From an uncultured Planctomycetaceae bacterium (GTDB taxonomy: Bacteria > Planctomycetota > Planctomycetia > Planctomycetales > Planctomycetaceae), in NCBI GenBank assembly GCA_963813715.1, contig CAWFAK010000012.1, positions 32,001 through 96,000 on the forward strand: a stretch of DNA of 64,000 nt, read 5' to 3'. Positions 32,446 to 44,148 of the stretch are shown here, piece after piece. Position numbers and translations under genes: made by a program. The notes beneath the pieces are model-generated. The model ran no database searches, was not told where the DNA came from, and saw only the letters and a list, made by a program, of their open reading frames with translations. Each line of letters starts with the position of its first letter. The stretch's first letter is position 1.

Positions 32446-32993
32446 CGGCTTATGCCTCTCTTAGAAATCTCGAGATCGCCGCGTGCCGCGCTGCAGTCCT
32501 TAACCCGTGCCGCGCTCTGCACCTGTGGAGACGTGCGGCGCCGCACCTCTGGGCACATCCATTGTTCCGCCCACTAAGCTCTCTACTCTGCACGTTTGGG
32601 GCCTTTAGCTTGCGCGATTTTGCAGATTGGCTCAACGCGATGGTCAGATGATGACCACCTATCGAGTAACGCCACGTCGGCCGCCGCGCGGCGATCTGCC
32701 CTTTTTCTGGAACTGCTGGATGCCGCTAATCTTCCGACCCCTTCCGATCTTACCTCGCCGCTGACACCAACTCCCGACGCTCGCCGCGCTCGGTGCGTAG
32801 TGCACCCTTGATTCACCCATGGCCGGTTGATTCCGGATGCCGCGCTCAAGCAACTGTATCGATCCAGTCCGAGTTGGTTGCAGCGCGTCTCCGCGCCTCT
32901 CTTTCCGCTACGGGCGGGTCGCGTCTATCGCCAGACCGCGGCGGGGATCCAGGCGACCGAGTTCTCCCGGCCGATGGGCGGCAGCTTCGCCGC

Positions 32994-34082
32994 CTACTCG
33001 CCGTCCGCCGCCGCTGATTTCATGTATTCGCGCAAGAGACACGTGGCGTAACTGCCGCAGGGCAACTCGAAGTCGAGTCGCAAGTCCCTCTCGCTTGCTT
33101 GCACGACCAGGTTGGTCGGCCAAACAAGCAGTGGTCGGCGCGTGCCGCTGGTGAGTTGTGAATATCGTGTGAAGTCGGCCGCCGTGAGTCCCCAATCATC
33201 CAGCACCCCTTGCTCGAGTTCGGCCGCGTCGCCCTGCGGGTGCGCATCTTGGGCCCGAAGATCGGTCCCGTGATCACCGTTTCGCGAGCGTCGAAGCGGC
33301 GCTGTTCGACGGCCCGATCTTCCACCACAAACGGCCCGCCGCTCGCTGCCACTTGCATCACATCGCCGGCCAGCACCGTGTGCAAGCGGCCGCTGGTGAG
33401 CCGTGCGGCGAGCACCGCGTTGAACAGGGCCGACTGCACGGAAGACAGCGCCATCCGCAGCAAGAATCGCCGTTTGGCAGGCGGAATCGAACGGGGCGAC
33501 GCACGTCCACTGATCAGATCGAGGCCCAGTTGCAGCGTTTGCTCCGCGTGGCCGAACCGCTGCTCCCCGAAGTAATTCGGAAATCCTAAACGGCCAACGA
33601 CCTCGGCGATGTATTTCGCGCTCGGCCGCGCCGTCGACCACGTCGCGCAGCAAAAGCGAAAAGCGATTGCCGCGCAAGTGTCCCGTGCGGAGCTTGTTGC
33701 CATGCCGCGCGCTCTTTAAAACACTCACGCGATCGCTCGCAATCTGGGCAACGTTCGCCTCGCAGCGGGCAGGAACGGAAATCCACTGGCGGGTGACTGC
33801 GCGGCGATCTTTCACTCCGGCCATGCCGATGTCGGCCGAACGCACGTCCAGCCGACGGGCCAGGTGTCGCAGCAGCTCGTCGGCCGACAGATCCCGTTTT
33901 TCCAGCCACAGAAACAGGTGTTCGCCCGCTCCGCTCGGCTCGTAAGCGGCGATTTCCTCGACCACAAAATCGTCCGGCTCGCGCTTGAGCGTGCCACCCA
34001 CGCCGGGCAACTCCGGGGTCAAATAGGGAAGAGAGGCGAAGGCGGCGGTCCGTGTTTTGCGGTCGTGCGGGCGCATGTCCAT
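32994..34082 (-). CDS. truD: tRNA pseudouridine(13) synthase TruD (frameshifts near 33625 and 33235)
   Basis: PDDFVVEE, AGVKDRRAVTRQW, GHLRGNRF, GFPNYFGEQRFG, FELPCGSYAT. Confidence 0.92.
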   Translation of the reverse strand: MDMRPHDRKTRTAAFASLPYLTPELPGVGGTLKREPDDFVVEEIAAYEPSGAGEHLFLWLEKRDLSADELLRHLARRLDVRSADIGMAGVKDRRAVTRQWISVPARCEANVAQIASDRVSVLKSARHGNKLRTGHLRGNRFSLLLRDVVDGAAEREIHRRGRWPFRISELLRGAAVRPRGANAATGPRSDQWTCVAPFDSACQTAILAADGAVFRAVGPVQRGARRTAHQRPLAHGAGRRCDASGSERRAVCGGRSGRRTAPLRRSRNGDHGTDLRAQDAHPQGDAAELEQGVLDDWGLTAADFTRYSQLTSGTRRPLLVWPTNLVVQASERDLRLDFELPCGSYATCLLREYMKSAAADGE

Positions 34083-34251
34083 GTAACATTCCAGCAGCCG
34101 GTCGTTCGATTCTCCGGCAAAGCGGTTGTTTTATCTTCCGGCAAAGCCGGTCGTCTTATAATGTGCTGACCCGCGCGGCTCATCCCCACGACGGCCGACG
34201 GGCCTTGCCTGTCGCCCGGGCACGCGGCGTCTGCTCTCTCAAGGTACGAAA

Positions 34252-34821
34252 ATGAACACCCACCCGTGGCACGACATCCCCTTGCCGAGTGACATCGTCG
34301 AGTGGTTTCCCGTCTACGTCGAGATCCCGCGGGGCTCGAACGTCAAATACGAGCTCGACAAGGCGACCGGCCTGTTGATGGTCAGCCGCGTGCTGTTTAG
34401 CGCGGTCTACTATCCAGCCAACTACGGCTTCATTCCGCAGACCTATTGCGAGGACGGCGACCCGCTCGACGTGCTGGTGCTCGGGCAGGAACCGGTCATC
34501 CCGCAGGCCGTGATGCGGGCGCGAGCCATCGGCGTGATGCCCATGCGTGACGAAAAGGGGCAGGACGACAAAATCATCGCCGTCCACATCGACGACCCCG
34601 AGTATCGCAGCTATCGCGACATCGAGGAACTGCCCGACTATCGCACGCTGCAACTACAGCGGTTCTTTCTCGACTACAAGGTGCTCGAAGGCAAGGAAGT
34701 CGTCATCGACAAGCCGCTCGGGGCCGAAGACGCGCTCAAGATCATCCACCAGGCGATCAGCGACTACGACCGAAAACGCCGCCAACTGATCGCCAAGACG
34801 CGCAGCCCGTTTGACAATTGA
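34252..34821 (+). CDS. ppa: Inorganic pyrophosphatase
   Basis: [33 protein letters not shown]. Confidence 0.95.
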   Translation: MNTHPWHDIPLPSDIVEWFPVYVEIPRGSNVKYELDKATGLLMVSRVLFSAVYYPANYGFIPQTYCEDGDPLDVLVLGQEPVIPQAVMRARAIGVMPMRDEKGQDDKIIAVHIDDPEYRSYRDIEELPDYRTLQLQRFFLDYKVLEGKEVVIDKPLGAEDALKIIHQAISDYDRKRRQLIAKTRSPFDN

Positions 34822-34972
34822 TGTCAGATCGTTGACGTCGGAGCTGAGTTGGCCGCTGACGTTGGAGGTCGGACCTCTGGCGTCTGATCGCTGACGTCGC
34901 TGGCGAGACTCGCGCCCTGCCGGTTACAGTGCCGCCTACTTCTTTCCGCGGCAACGGGGCCCGAGTTGAGTT

Positions 34973-36530
34973 ATGAGCGTCCGCACGGCCGGGCTGGTCA
35001 CGGTTACGCTGTTCTACGCGATTTTTTTCGCCCTCGGGACCTACGTCGGCCGGCGCACGAAGAAGAACCAAACGACCGACGGGTTGCTCCTGGCCGGCCG
35101 CCGGTTGCCCCTCGTGCTGGGCGTGCTGACGATGACCGCCACCTGGCTCGACGGCGGCTACATCAACGGCACGGCCGAAAATGTCTACGCCAACGGCATC
35201 GTCGCCACGCAGGCCCCCTGGGGTTACGCGCTGTCGCTGATTTTGGGCGGGCTGTTCTTCGCCGCTCCCATGCGGCGGCACGGCTTCACCACGATGGTCG
35301 ACCTGTTCGACCGCCGCTACGGCAAAGAGGCGGCCGCCGTGCTCTTCGTGCCGGCAGTGCTCGGTGAAATCTTCTGGAGCGCGATGATTCTGGCCGCGCT
35401 CGGCATGACCTTCAGCACGATTCTCGAGATCAAGCAAACGCCGGCCGTCTCTGCTCTCGACGGCCATCGCCGTCGCCTACACGGTTCGCGGCGGACTGTG
35501 GGCGGTCGCCTGGACCGACGCACTGCAGTTCTTCTTCATGGCCGGCGGGCTCTGCCTGTCGATTCCTTTTCTGCTCGATCACGTCGGCGGACTATCCCAC
35601 GTCTGGACCGCGTACCACGACCAGCTTGGCACCAACGCGTCGCTCGTGCCTCCGGCCGCGGCGTTCCAATTTGCGAATTGGCGCGAGTCGTGGGGCTGGG
35701 GGTGGCTCGACACGGCGCTCCTCTTGATCTTCGGCGGCATTCCCTGGCACGTTTATTTTCAGCGAGTGCTGGCCTGCAAGACCGAGCGGACGGCCGTCGC
35801 CTTCTCCGTCTGCGCGGGCTTTTTGTGCCTGGCCATGTCGCTGCCGCCGGCCCTGATCGGCGCGATCGGCCGCACGATCGACTGGTCGCAGGCGCCGGTC
35901 GGTCCGCCCGAGAGCGCGGCCATGATCTTGCCCTATTTGCTGCGGAACCTGACGCCGCCGCTCGTGGCGGCCGTCGGCTTGGGGGCGATCGCAGCGGCCG
36001 TCATGTCATCGATCGATTCATCCTTTCTCTCGGCCTCGTCGATGTTCGTCTGGAACGTGTATCGACCGATCTTTCGCCCGGCCGCCGGACACGCGGAGAT
36101 TCGCCTGATGGTGCGCTTGGCCATTCTCGTGGCCGGCGGCGCGGCGGCCTCTCTGGCGCTCGCCACGACCAGCATTTATTCGCTGTGGGTGCTCTGCTCG
36201 GATCTGATTTACGTAATCCTGTTTCCGCAATTGGTCTGCGCGCTCTTCGTGCGCTGGACTAATGCGGCCGGCGCGATGGCCGGTGCGTGCACCGGGTTGG
36301 CACTGCGTGTGGCCGCAGGCGAGCCGACGCTGGGCATCCCCGCGCTCCTGCCGTTGCCGATCGACAGCCAGCACGGGTTCTACGTCTTCCCCTATCGCAC
36401 GGCAGCCATGCTGGCCGGATGGCTGGTGCTCTTGGTCGTCTCCCGTTTGACGCAAACAGCTTTCCCGCCGCGGAGTCTGGCCGTACCATCGTCGGACGGT
36501 CCCCTTCCCCAGTCAGACTCGCCCGCATGA
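34973..36530 (+). CDS. Sodium:solute symporter, high-affinity choline transporter (SLC5A7/CHT1)-like (frameshift near 35455)
   Basis: MTATWLDGGYINGTAE, QAPWGYALSLILGGLFFA, GGIPWHVYFQRVL, AAVMSSIDSSFLSASSMF, SDLIYVILFPQL. Confidence 0.8.
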
Positions 36531-37261
36531 GCGATCCCGCACCACAGATCTATTCGCCTCGGGAAAAACTGTTCGCCTACGCCGTCCACGCCTACACGGC
36601 GATGGGGCTGTTGTGCGCCGCGCTGATTGCCGCCGACATCCTGCAGCAGAACTATCGCCGGGCCTTCCTCTGGATGATCGTGGCCGTGCTGATCGATGCC
36701 ACCGACGGCACATTCGCCCGCAAGTTCCGCGTGAAGGACGTCGTGCCGCACATCGATGGCCGCAAGCTCGACGACATCGTCGACTACGTCAATTACACGT
36801 TCCTGCCGCTCATGATGATCGCCGGCGCCAATTGGCTCCCCGCGCCCGGCTGGCTGTGGATCAGCGTGCCGCTGGTCGCCAGCGTGTTCGCCTTCGTCAA
36901 TACCGGAGCCAAAGAGGAGACGAACGGCTTCTTCCTGGGCTTCCCCTCCTATTGGAACGTGTTCGCGTTTTACACGGCGGTCTGGTTTTCGGAATTCGGC
37001 CGCGGCCTCGTGCTGGCGATCGCGCTTGTGCTCAGCGGACTGAGCGTGCTGCCGCTGCGGTTCGTTTATCCGAACCGCGCGCCGCGATGGCGGATGCTGT
37101 TCATCGCCGGCGGGCTCGTCTGGCTGGCCATCATCGGCGTCATTCTCTGGTACTACCCACAACAACCGGTGCCCGCCGCGCTCCTCTGGATCTCGGCCGT
37201 CTATCCGGTGCTCTACGTCGTCGCGTCGCTGTATCTCGACCGGCGGCTGCGCGAGACCTGA
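36527..37261 (+). CDS. pcs: Phosphatidylcholine synthase (CDP-alcohol phosphatidyltransferase)
   Basis: AVHAYTAMG, IDATDGTFARK...PHIDGRKLDDIVDYVNYTFLP, FLGFPSYWNV; ATGA overlap with the transporter. Confidence 0.85.
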   Translation: MSDPAPQIYSPREKLFAYAVHAYTAMGLLCAALIAADILQQNYRRAFLWMIVAVLIDATDGTFARKFRVKDVVPHIDGRKLDDIVDYVNYTFLPLMMIAGANWLPAPGWLWISVPLVASVFAFVNTGAKEETNGFFLGFPSYWNVFAFYTAVWFSEFGRGLVLAIALVLSGLSVLPLRFVYPNRAPRWRMLFIAGGLVWLAIIGVILWYYPQQPVPAALLWISAVYPVLYVVASLYLDRRLRET

Positions 37262-37310
37262 ACTGCGATTCGACTCGAGGCCGCGAATGACTGGTCGGGG
37301 TAGTCCGCGA

Positions 37311-37811
37311 TCAATCCGTCCGCCACATTCGAATGAATTGGGCAACGTCCTCCTCGGAAAGCGCGACATGCGATTTCGTCATCGCATTCAGGATGACGGT
37401 GATTTCGGGTGAAATGACGCCGGCGAGACGACGGCCGATCATCGACAACAGGTGGAAACCGATACTTCTGTTGGCTGCGTTCACGTAGGCACCGACGAAC
37501 TCGCCCGCGGCTTCCTCCGTGCTGAAAATTGGGAAGCAAATCTGGTGGCCGGCTGGGAAAAAGAAAGGCGTCGCAGCTTCGCCGTTCTGCTTCATTTGAG
37601 CAAATTGGGCGGCATCCCTCTCTATGCGTGCCAACAGTTCGGCCTTCGAAAGGTTCGTGGCATCGAGGCCGATAGGATCCGGTGTCGATAACACGTGGAC
37701 CCCGGTCCGTCCCAGCAAGTCCAAAAACGCCGTTCGATCGCGGCCCCGTGCCAGTCGGACCAGCCGATCACCGCGCCCGAAAAGATTTGTGAGCCGTTGT
37801 CGCAGGGCCAA
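37311..37811 (-). CDS. Hypothetical protein, possibly SseB-like
   Basis: TTG start after a GAGGG RBS; FPIFSTEEAA...VILN pattern. Confidence 0.4.
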   Translation of the reverse strand: MALRQRLTNLFGRGDRLVRLARGRDRTAFLDLLGRTGVHVLSTPDPIGLDATNLSKAELLARIERDAAQFAQMKQNGEAATPFFFPAGHQICFPIFSTEEAAGEFVGAYVNAANRSIGFHLLSMIGRRLAGVISPEITVILNAMTKSHVALSEEDVAQFIRMWRTD

Positions 37812-37997
37812 TTGTTCCCTCGATCGAAAAGTAGCGAATGCGGAGTCGTTTCGGCTTAAGCCGTCATCGGCCGGGCGCAGACGCCGGGCCGGCACGATTG
37901 CGTCCTCGTGCGAAATGCTGGCTTTGCGGCGTTTCATTAACTGCTCGTCCTTTGCTTGTTATCGGCCCAACACTCCTTCCGGTCAGCGCGAACGCAC

Positions 37998-38531
37998 TCA
38001 GGGCAAAAAACCCCGCTCGCGGAGTTCCTGGATGTTGTCCGACGCGCTCTTCCACACCCGCTCGGCCGCGTAACGCAAGAGGGCGATGCCGGCCAGTTCC
38101 GGGGGAGCCGTCAGGATGGCCGTGTGATCTTCTTCTTCGTTATCGAGCTCTTTGTTGAGGCGATTGACCACTTCCTCGACGCTGTCGCTTTGCACCTGCT
38201 TGGGGCCGCTGGCGTTCGTCAGCTTCAGGTGCGAGAAGCCGGCTGTCCGAGCCAGCAGGAACTGGGCCACCTCCGCGTTGCTGTCGCTGTCGAAGAAATT
38301 CTGGAATTCCGGGCTGGCGCTCTGAGGCGTGATGATCGTCGGCCGCGCGATCCGCACCTCACCGCGGGTCAGCGAGACGGTCTCTCCCGGCCGCGGCGCG
38401 CTCAACACCAGAAAGTAGGGCAGCAGCGATTCGCCGAACGTAAACAGCGAATAGTGCACGTTCCGCCGAATCGAAACGGCCTCCCAGGCTGCGCGAAACC
38501 GCTGCTCCTGCTCGAATTCGTTGAACCACAT
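37998..38531 (-). CDS. Hypothetical protein
   Basis: MWFNEFEQEQRFRAAWEAV...LFTFGESLLPY...ELRERGFLP; good coding codon bias. Confidence 0.7.
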   Translation of the reverse strand: MWFNEFEQEQRFRAAWEAVSIRRNVHYSLFTFGESLLPYFLVLSAPRPGETVSLTRGEVRIARPTIITPQSASPEFQNFFDSDSNAEVAQFLLARTAGFSHLKLTNASGPKQVQSDSVEEVVNRLNKELDNEEEDHTAILTAPPELAGIALLRYAAERVWKSASDNIQELRERGFLP

Positions 38532-38674
38532 GACGTTGGAATTATAGCCGCCCGAGCCAGACACCACATCCGGATGCCCGAGTCGGATGCCACAGCCTGC
38601 CGACACACTCGGCCAGCCCACGTCGACTGCCAACGTGCGCCGACGCCTGCCGGCCGATCGTTTACGATCAAGGC

Positions 38675-39631
38675 ATGGAACAGTCACTCGATCGCCGCGA
38701 GCCGCAGGTCTTCCTCAACGGCCGGATGGTCCCCGCGTCGCAGGCTCACCTCACCGTGTACGACGCCGGCGTGGTGCTTGGTGCGACCGTCACCGAGCTG
38801 GTGCGGACCTTTCGCCATGAGCCGTTTCGGCTCGACGACCATCTGCGGCGGCTGGCCCAATCGCTGCACTTCGTCGGCTTCGACATCGGCCTGTCGATGG
38901 AAGAGCTGGGCCGCACTGTGCGGAGTCTGGTCGCGAACAACGTCGCGCTGCTGACTCCTGAGGACGAGCTGGGCCTCGTGATCTTCGTGACCGCGGGCGA
39001 GTATCCGACGTACGCGGGCGGAGCGGCGGGCAGCGTGCGAACGACGCCGACGGTCTGCGCCCACACGTTTCCGCTGCCGTTCGAGTTGTGGGCGGCCAAA
39101 GTGCAATCGGGCGTGCACCTCGTCACACCGTCGATCCGCCACGTGCCGCCGCAGTGCTACGACCCGAAAATGAAGTGCCGCAGCCGCATGCACTATTACC
39201 TGGCCGATCAGCAGGCGCGACTCGTCGATCGGGACGCCTCGGCACTCCTACTCGACCTGGACGGCAACGTCACCGAAACGGGGGCCGCGAATTTCCTGAT
39301 GGTCGAGGACGGGACGATCGTCTCGCCGTCGCTCCGCAACACGCTGCCGGGCGTGAGCCGCGCGACCGTCATCGAGCTGGCGGCCAAGCTCGGCATCCCG
39401 TTCGCCGTCCGCGACTTCCAAGTCTTCGACGCAGTGAACGCCGACGAAGCTTTTTTGGCGAGCACGCCCTACTGCCTGATGAGCGTGACCAGGATCAACG
39501 GCACGCAAATCGGCACGGGGAAGCCGGGCCTGATCTATCAGCGGCTGGCGCAGGCGTGGAGCGAGCGCGTCGGCCTCGACATCGTGCGGCAAGTCGTCGA
39601 CGGGGCGAAGCGGCGAACGGCGAAGTCGTAG
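38675..39631 (+). CDS. Class IV aminotransferase (IlvE/PabC-like)
   Basis: VFLNG...FRLDDHLRRL, ETGAANF, LPGVSR, ADEAFLAST. Confidence 0.88.
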   Translation: MEQSLDRREPQVFLNGRMVPASQAHLTVYDAGVVLGATVTELVRTFRHEPFRLDDHLRRLAQSLHFVGFDIGLSMEELGRTVRSLVANNVALLTPEDELGLVIFVTAGEYPTYAGGAAGSVRTTPTVCAHTFPLPFELWAAKVQSGVHLVTPSIRHVPPQCYDPKMKCRSRMHYYLADQQARLVDRDASALLLDLDGNVTETGAANFLMVEDGTIVSPSLRNTLPGVSRATVIELAAKLGIPFAVRDFQVFDAVNADEAFLASTPYCLMSVTRINGTQIGTGKPGLIYQRLAQAWSERVGLDIVRQVVDGAKRRTAKS

Positions 39632-39682
39632 ACAAGCCGCTGAGATTGACGGGGAATTGGACGAGCCCCGCCGCGTGGCGGC

Positions 39683-42600
39683 TCAGCGGTACGTTCGAAC
39701 GGGGCGGAAACCATAGGTGACGGCGCGATAACCCGGCACGTCGGTGCTCCGGTTGGGGGAACGGATGATCGATGATCGGCTCAAGAACGCCCCGCCGCGC
39801 AAGATGCGGCCATCTTCGGCTTTCACGGGCTGCGTCGACGGTGCGTCGTCGAAAATCTTGTTCGGATCGTCCGGATATTCGCGGAAGACGTCGTAACACC
39901 TTTCCGCCGCGTTCCCCAACATGTCGAATAACCCAAAATCATTCGGCTTCAGCGCGCACGTGGGCCACGCGCGAGTCTCGCTGTTGGTGACGAACCACGC
40001 ATATTCCGGTAGAAGCCGCTCGGATGATCCGTAGTAGCGGCTCGTCAACGTTCTCGCTCGACACGCAAACTCCCACTCGGCTTCGGTCGGAAGCCGATAG
40101 CCCGTCAATTCCCAAAACTTATCCTTGGCCTTCATGCCCGGACCGTAAACTCCGCCTTTGGGGTCGTAGCACCATTGGTCCCTGGGGATTTTCTCCTCTT
40201 GGCTTAGCCAATCGCAGTAATGGACCGCCTCATACCATGACGGCATTGTCTGCGGTGAATCTTCGGTTCGAACGAACTTTTGCAGCTTCGAGAAGCTTGC
40301 CTGATCGTGCTTGACGACATTCAGGAACCGGTGAAATTGGGCCACGCTGATTTCTTGAGCACAGATCGCATACCTCCGTCCAATGTGTCGACGGTGCCGA
40401 GTTTCTTGGGCTGCCCGACCCGCCTCGGACTCGGCCGATCCCATCCAGAACCAGCCCTCCCGCGCATCGACGATGACAAACGTCTGCTTCTGATTGTTGA
40501 CGTACCATTGGCGAACGCTGCTGGCATTTCCGTGATTCAATTGCGTGTCGTCACCCTTGAGCTTCTCAAGCACGGCTTCCACGCGGTTCGCTTGCCCCCA
40601 TTTTCGCAGCAGCCACTCGACCGCGCCGTGCATCCCCGCGTCCGGGTCGTTCTCGTACACGACCACGAGCTTCTCGATCAGCGGTTGCCGCTCGGCGGGA
40701 GACAGCTGCGTGTCCGTAAACTGCCCCAAGGTCAGCGCCAAGGCCCGACGAATCGTCACGTCGGTCTCCGAATCGAATCTTTGGAGGATGGCCTGAGGGT
40801 CGCCCCCGAGCGGGCCGAACCAATGAATGACGTAACTGCGAACTCGGGGGTCGGGACTGAACTTGAGCAGCGACCAGACACTTTCCGAGGCCCCCAGCCG
40901 GAATCAGCAACACGCCGGAATTGGCCTGTCGCTTTGCCAGGAATTCCTTCTGATCCTCGGTCGCTGTTTCCGGTAATTGTTTGCCGATTTCTGCTTGAGC
41001 CAGCCGGACCGCTTCGTCCTTGTGTGGAGCGAGCGCGTGGAAAATCAACGGGAACTGAAAGTCCTCGGAGTCGACCAGCAAGTTGAACAACTCTTCCGGC
41101 TGGTTGGCGGCATAATCCGCCAGGGTTTCCGTGGCGAAGCTACGTGCCTGTTCCTTTCGCTTCGAATCCCGATAGATCAAGGCAAGCGGCTTGATCAACT
41201 GCGCGTGGGCGGGTCGGAGAGCTTCTCGCCAGGCCACGAGCGCCGAGGCTTCCAAGGTCACCAAGTGATCCGCCACGATCGTGTTGATTTGGCCCCATTG
41301 CGGGTCGTCGGGCTGGTAGCTGGCCAAGGCACAGGCGGCCTGAAATCGCTGTGCCGTCTCTCGATGCTTGTCGAGCGCCACATCCCATAGCGGCCCAGCG
41401 ACGCTGCCCCGGTGTGGCGACAGCGCGTCTCGCACGACGGCAAACCGGCTCGGCGACACTCGCAGCAAATCGTCCCGCAGTGGGGCAAGCTTGCTTTGAT
41501 CCACCGGAAGCAGTGCCAGATCCAAATGCAGCTTTTGATTGGAGCCCGGTTTTGCGTCGCCATCTTCGCGTCGGAGGAGCGGGTCAGCCCAGCGGCGGTA
41601 GCCGTGCAGCTCGCGAATAATGCCGGGCACTTCGGCACTGTCGGCGGCGAGGAGCCGTTTCACGAGGGCGGCCGCGTAATCAGCGTGACGGCTCTCCTCA
41701 ATCTGTCGGGAGACCGTCACGCCGAAGATCGCCAGAGCGATTAACGCGGCGGCCGCGATCCCGACTGCGCAGGCCATGAAACCGCCCCGCGTTGCTCATC
41801 ATCCTGCGCTCGTGGGGAGTCCATTTCCTTTGATCGGTCAGCAATCGAATGTTGAGAAACTCCCAGAACGACGGCAGATGACGGCTCTCTCGCTTCTCCT
41901 TCCAATGAGCCGCGCGGTCGGCCAGTCGCAGCTCGGCCCGTCCCCGCCGAGTCTCCCTTTGTTTGCGGGTCAACCACTCCCGCAAGGAGGGAACCAGGTA
42001 ATCGTGCGTAAGCTGGTAATACTTGTGCCCGGAGTCGACCTTTGGGTGCGGCAAATCCGAAGCGATGCCTTCCGGGTCGGTCGGCGTGATCAGCCGGACT
42101 TCGTTGTCCAAGATTCGAATCAGATCCTCGAAGTCCTTCGGGCGATCTGCATATCCCGAGGCGTCCAGGAGCTCCTGGCGGGACTGCATCTTCCCCTTGA
42201 TGTCCGATCCTTGCTCGGGGAGCAGCGTTTTGAGGACCGCACGGGCCGCTTTCTGATGGAGGCGGTGACTTGGGTTCGCGCTGGGAGCGCTGAACGTTTC
42301 TTCCAAAAAGGTGACGCCGACGCCTTCCGTGCCGCCGACCCCTTTCAGAGTGGCGAGCGTCCAGGGCTTGCCCTTGACCATGTCGGCAAACAGGGCGAGC
42401 CGCACCGAAATCACCCGGCCATCTTGAGCCAGGCCGGTCACGGCTTGATCCAGGAACTCCTCCTGGTCTTTAGACAAATTGTCCGGCAGAGCCCCGAACG
42501 CCCGGCCGAAATCCGTCAAAACTTTCCGGGCATGCCGCAGATCGAACAGGTCGACCAAAGCGATGTTCTGGTCCGGAATAAGATCGACTTCCAGCGCGGC

Positions 42601-44044
42601 CAAGAACCGGCTCACGGCAAGCCAGAAGTCGTCCCGAACCATGACGATCGCCTGGACTGCGCCGGCCGTCGCACTGCCGAAGCGCTCGGACCAGTTCTGT
42701 GTTTTCGTCCTGTCGCTTCGCATGCAGCCACTGCTCAAACTGGTCGAGAACGACAAGCACCTTCTGATTGTTCTCTAATCCCTGCCCTTGTCGCAGTGCG
42801 GCAACGGTGCCCGTCAAATCCAGGTTGTCTGGAAGTTGAGGACACCGCTCTCGAAGACCTCGGAGCAGGCGAGTCTCCGTCCCTTCGGCGGTCGCCTCGA
42901 CATAAACCGAACGGACGCGATCGGCCAGCCTGGGCAAGAGCCCGGCCTTCATCAACGAGGATTTGCCGCAACCGCTGGGGCCATAGATCAGCCCGACCGT
43001 GAACGCGAGTTCGTTCTCCGACTCAATGCGGTGCTTCCAGAATTGAAGGCTCTCGGGTAAGCCGTCCTTGTCGCGAGGGCCGGGCAGCAATTCGAGAAAA
43101 AAATCGGCATCTTTGGCATCGAACGACCGGAGGCCCTTGGGGACGATGGCGAGCCGACGGGCAGGCGCTGGGACGACTTTCGGTCTGGGGGACGGCGGCT
43201 GCCGTTTGGGAGCGAGCAACCGGCCGACGCCGTCCGGCCGTTCAACTTCGGTATACCACTCCAGGATTTCCGCGAGTTGCGACAACGCCCGTTCCGCATC
43301 ACCCGACGTGACCGCTTGGGTTCGATTGGCGGTTACTGCCGTCGAGAGCAGCGCATCCAGTTCGAACTTGTCGGGGAGATACCACTCGTGGAGCAAACGC
43401 TCGACGATTTTCTCGAGAGATCGAGTGCCGGCCGGTTCGCCGATCCGCCGTTCGTAGATTTCGCGAGCGATTCGTTCCAACACTTTGCGGGCGCGGTTGA
43501 GGCTCCAGTCAGGATCTCTGTCCGCAACGTCTCGCGCCCTTTGCAGGCCGTCCCAAAGTTCTTGCTGATCCTTGATGAGATCTTTGAGGCTGTGGATCAG
43601 CCGGTCGACGTAGACATTGAACTCGGGACCCAGTCGGACCTCTGCGGCATTCCGATAGGCAAGCTCCTGCATTCCGCTGGGCAGGGCCGCACCAGTCGGC
43701 ATGGAAGCGCCGTCCACGAGGACCGGAATGACCGGAACCCCGAGCGACAAGGCGGCTTCGATCTCGATGCGGACGTAATCGTCCGGATCCTCTAAGCGCC
43801 GCGCACCCTGCTTCGGTCCCTCCGTGTACGCAGCGTCGAGCCAACGAGCTCCGATCACCGCCAACAGAGCATCCGATTGCTCGACAGCGCCGCTCAATCG
43901 ATTGCGAAAGTCAACGCCCGGCGGAATGGAATCGATGTCGTAGAAGACCGACCCCGACTCGAACTGGTTCTGCAAACGGCCCTGCAGGCGCTTGGTGACT
44001 TCGGCGCTGTCCTGACGGCGGTAAGAGATGAAGACCTTGGGCAT
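39683..44044 (-). CDS. TIR domain - STAND-like P-loop NTPase - TM - helical repeats - FGE/SUMF1 domain protein (frameshifts near 42665, 41780, 40905)
   Basis: VFISYRRQDS...YVRIEIEAAL (TIR); PKGLRSF, GPSGCGKSS and VLDQFEQW (NTPase); YQLTHDYLV; YRLPTEAEWEFACRA, PNDFGLFDMLGN and GFRPVR (FGE-sulfatase). Confidence 0.85.
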
Positions 44045-44148
44045 CGCAGAGTTTCAACTCGGTCTGCGACGGGCCCCTGAAAACGTACGGCTCAGAGCTC
44101 GCCGCGCGGGATCCCGCAACGTTTAGCCAAGAGTGATCAGGCTGCCGC

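Noticed and set aside
32793..33051. Small plus-strand ORFs downstream of truD
   Set aside because: They overlap the truD end, have no clear RBS and no recognisable motif.
34822..34905. TGACGT repeats after ppa as a regulatory array
   Set aside because: Spacing is irregular and it looks like low-complexity intergenic sequence; a function cannot be supported.
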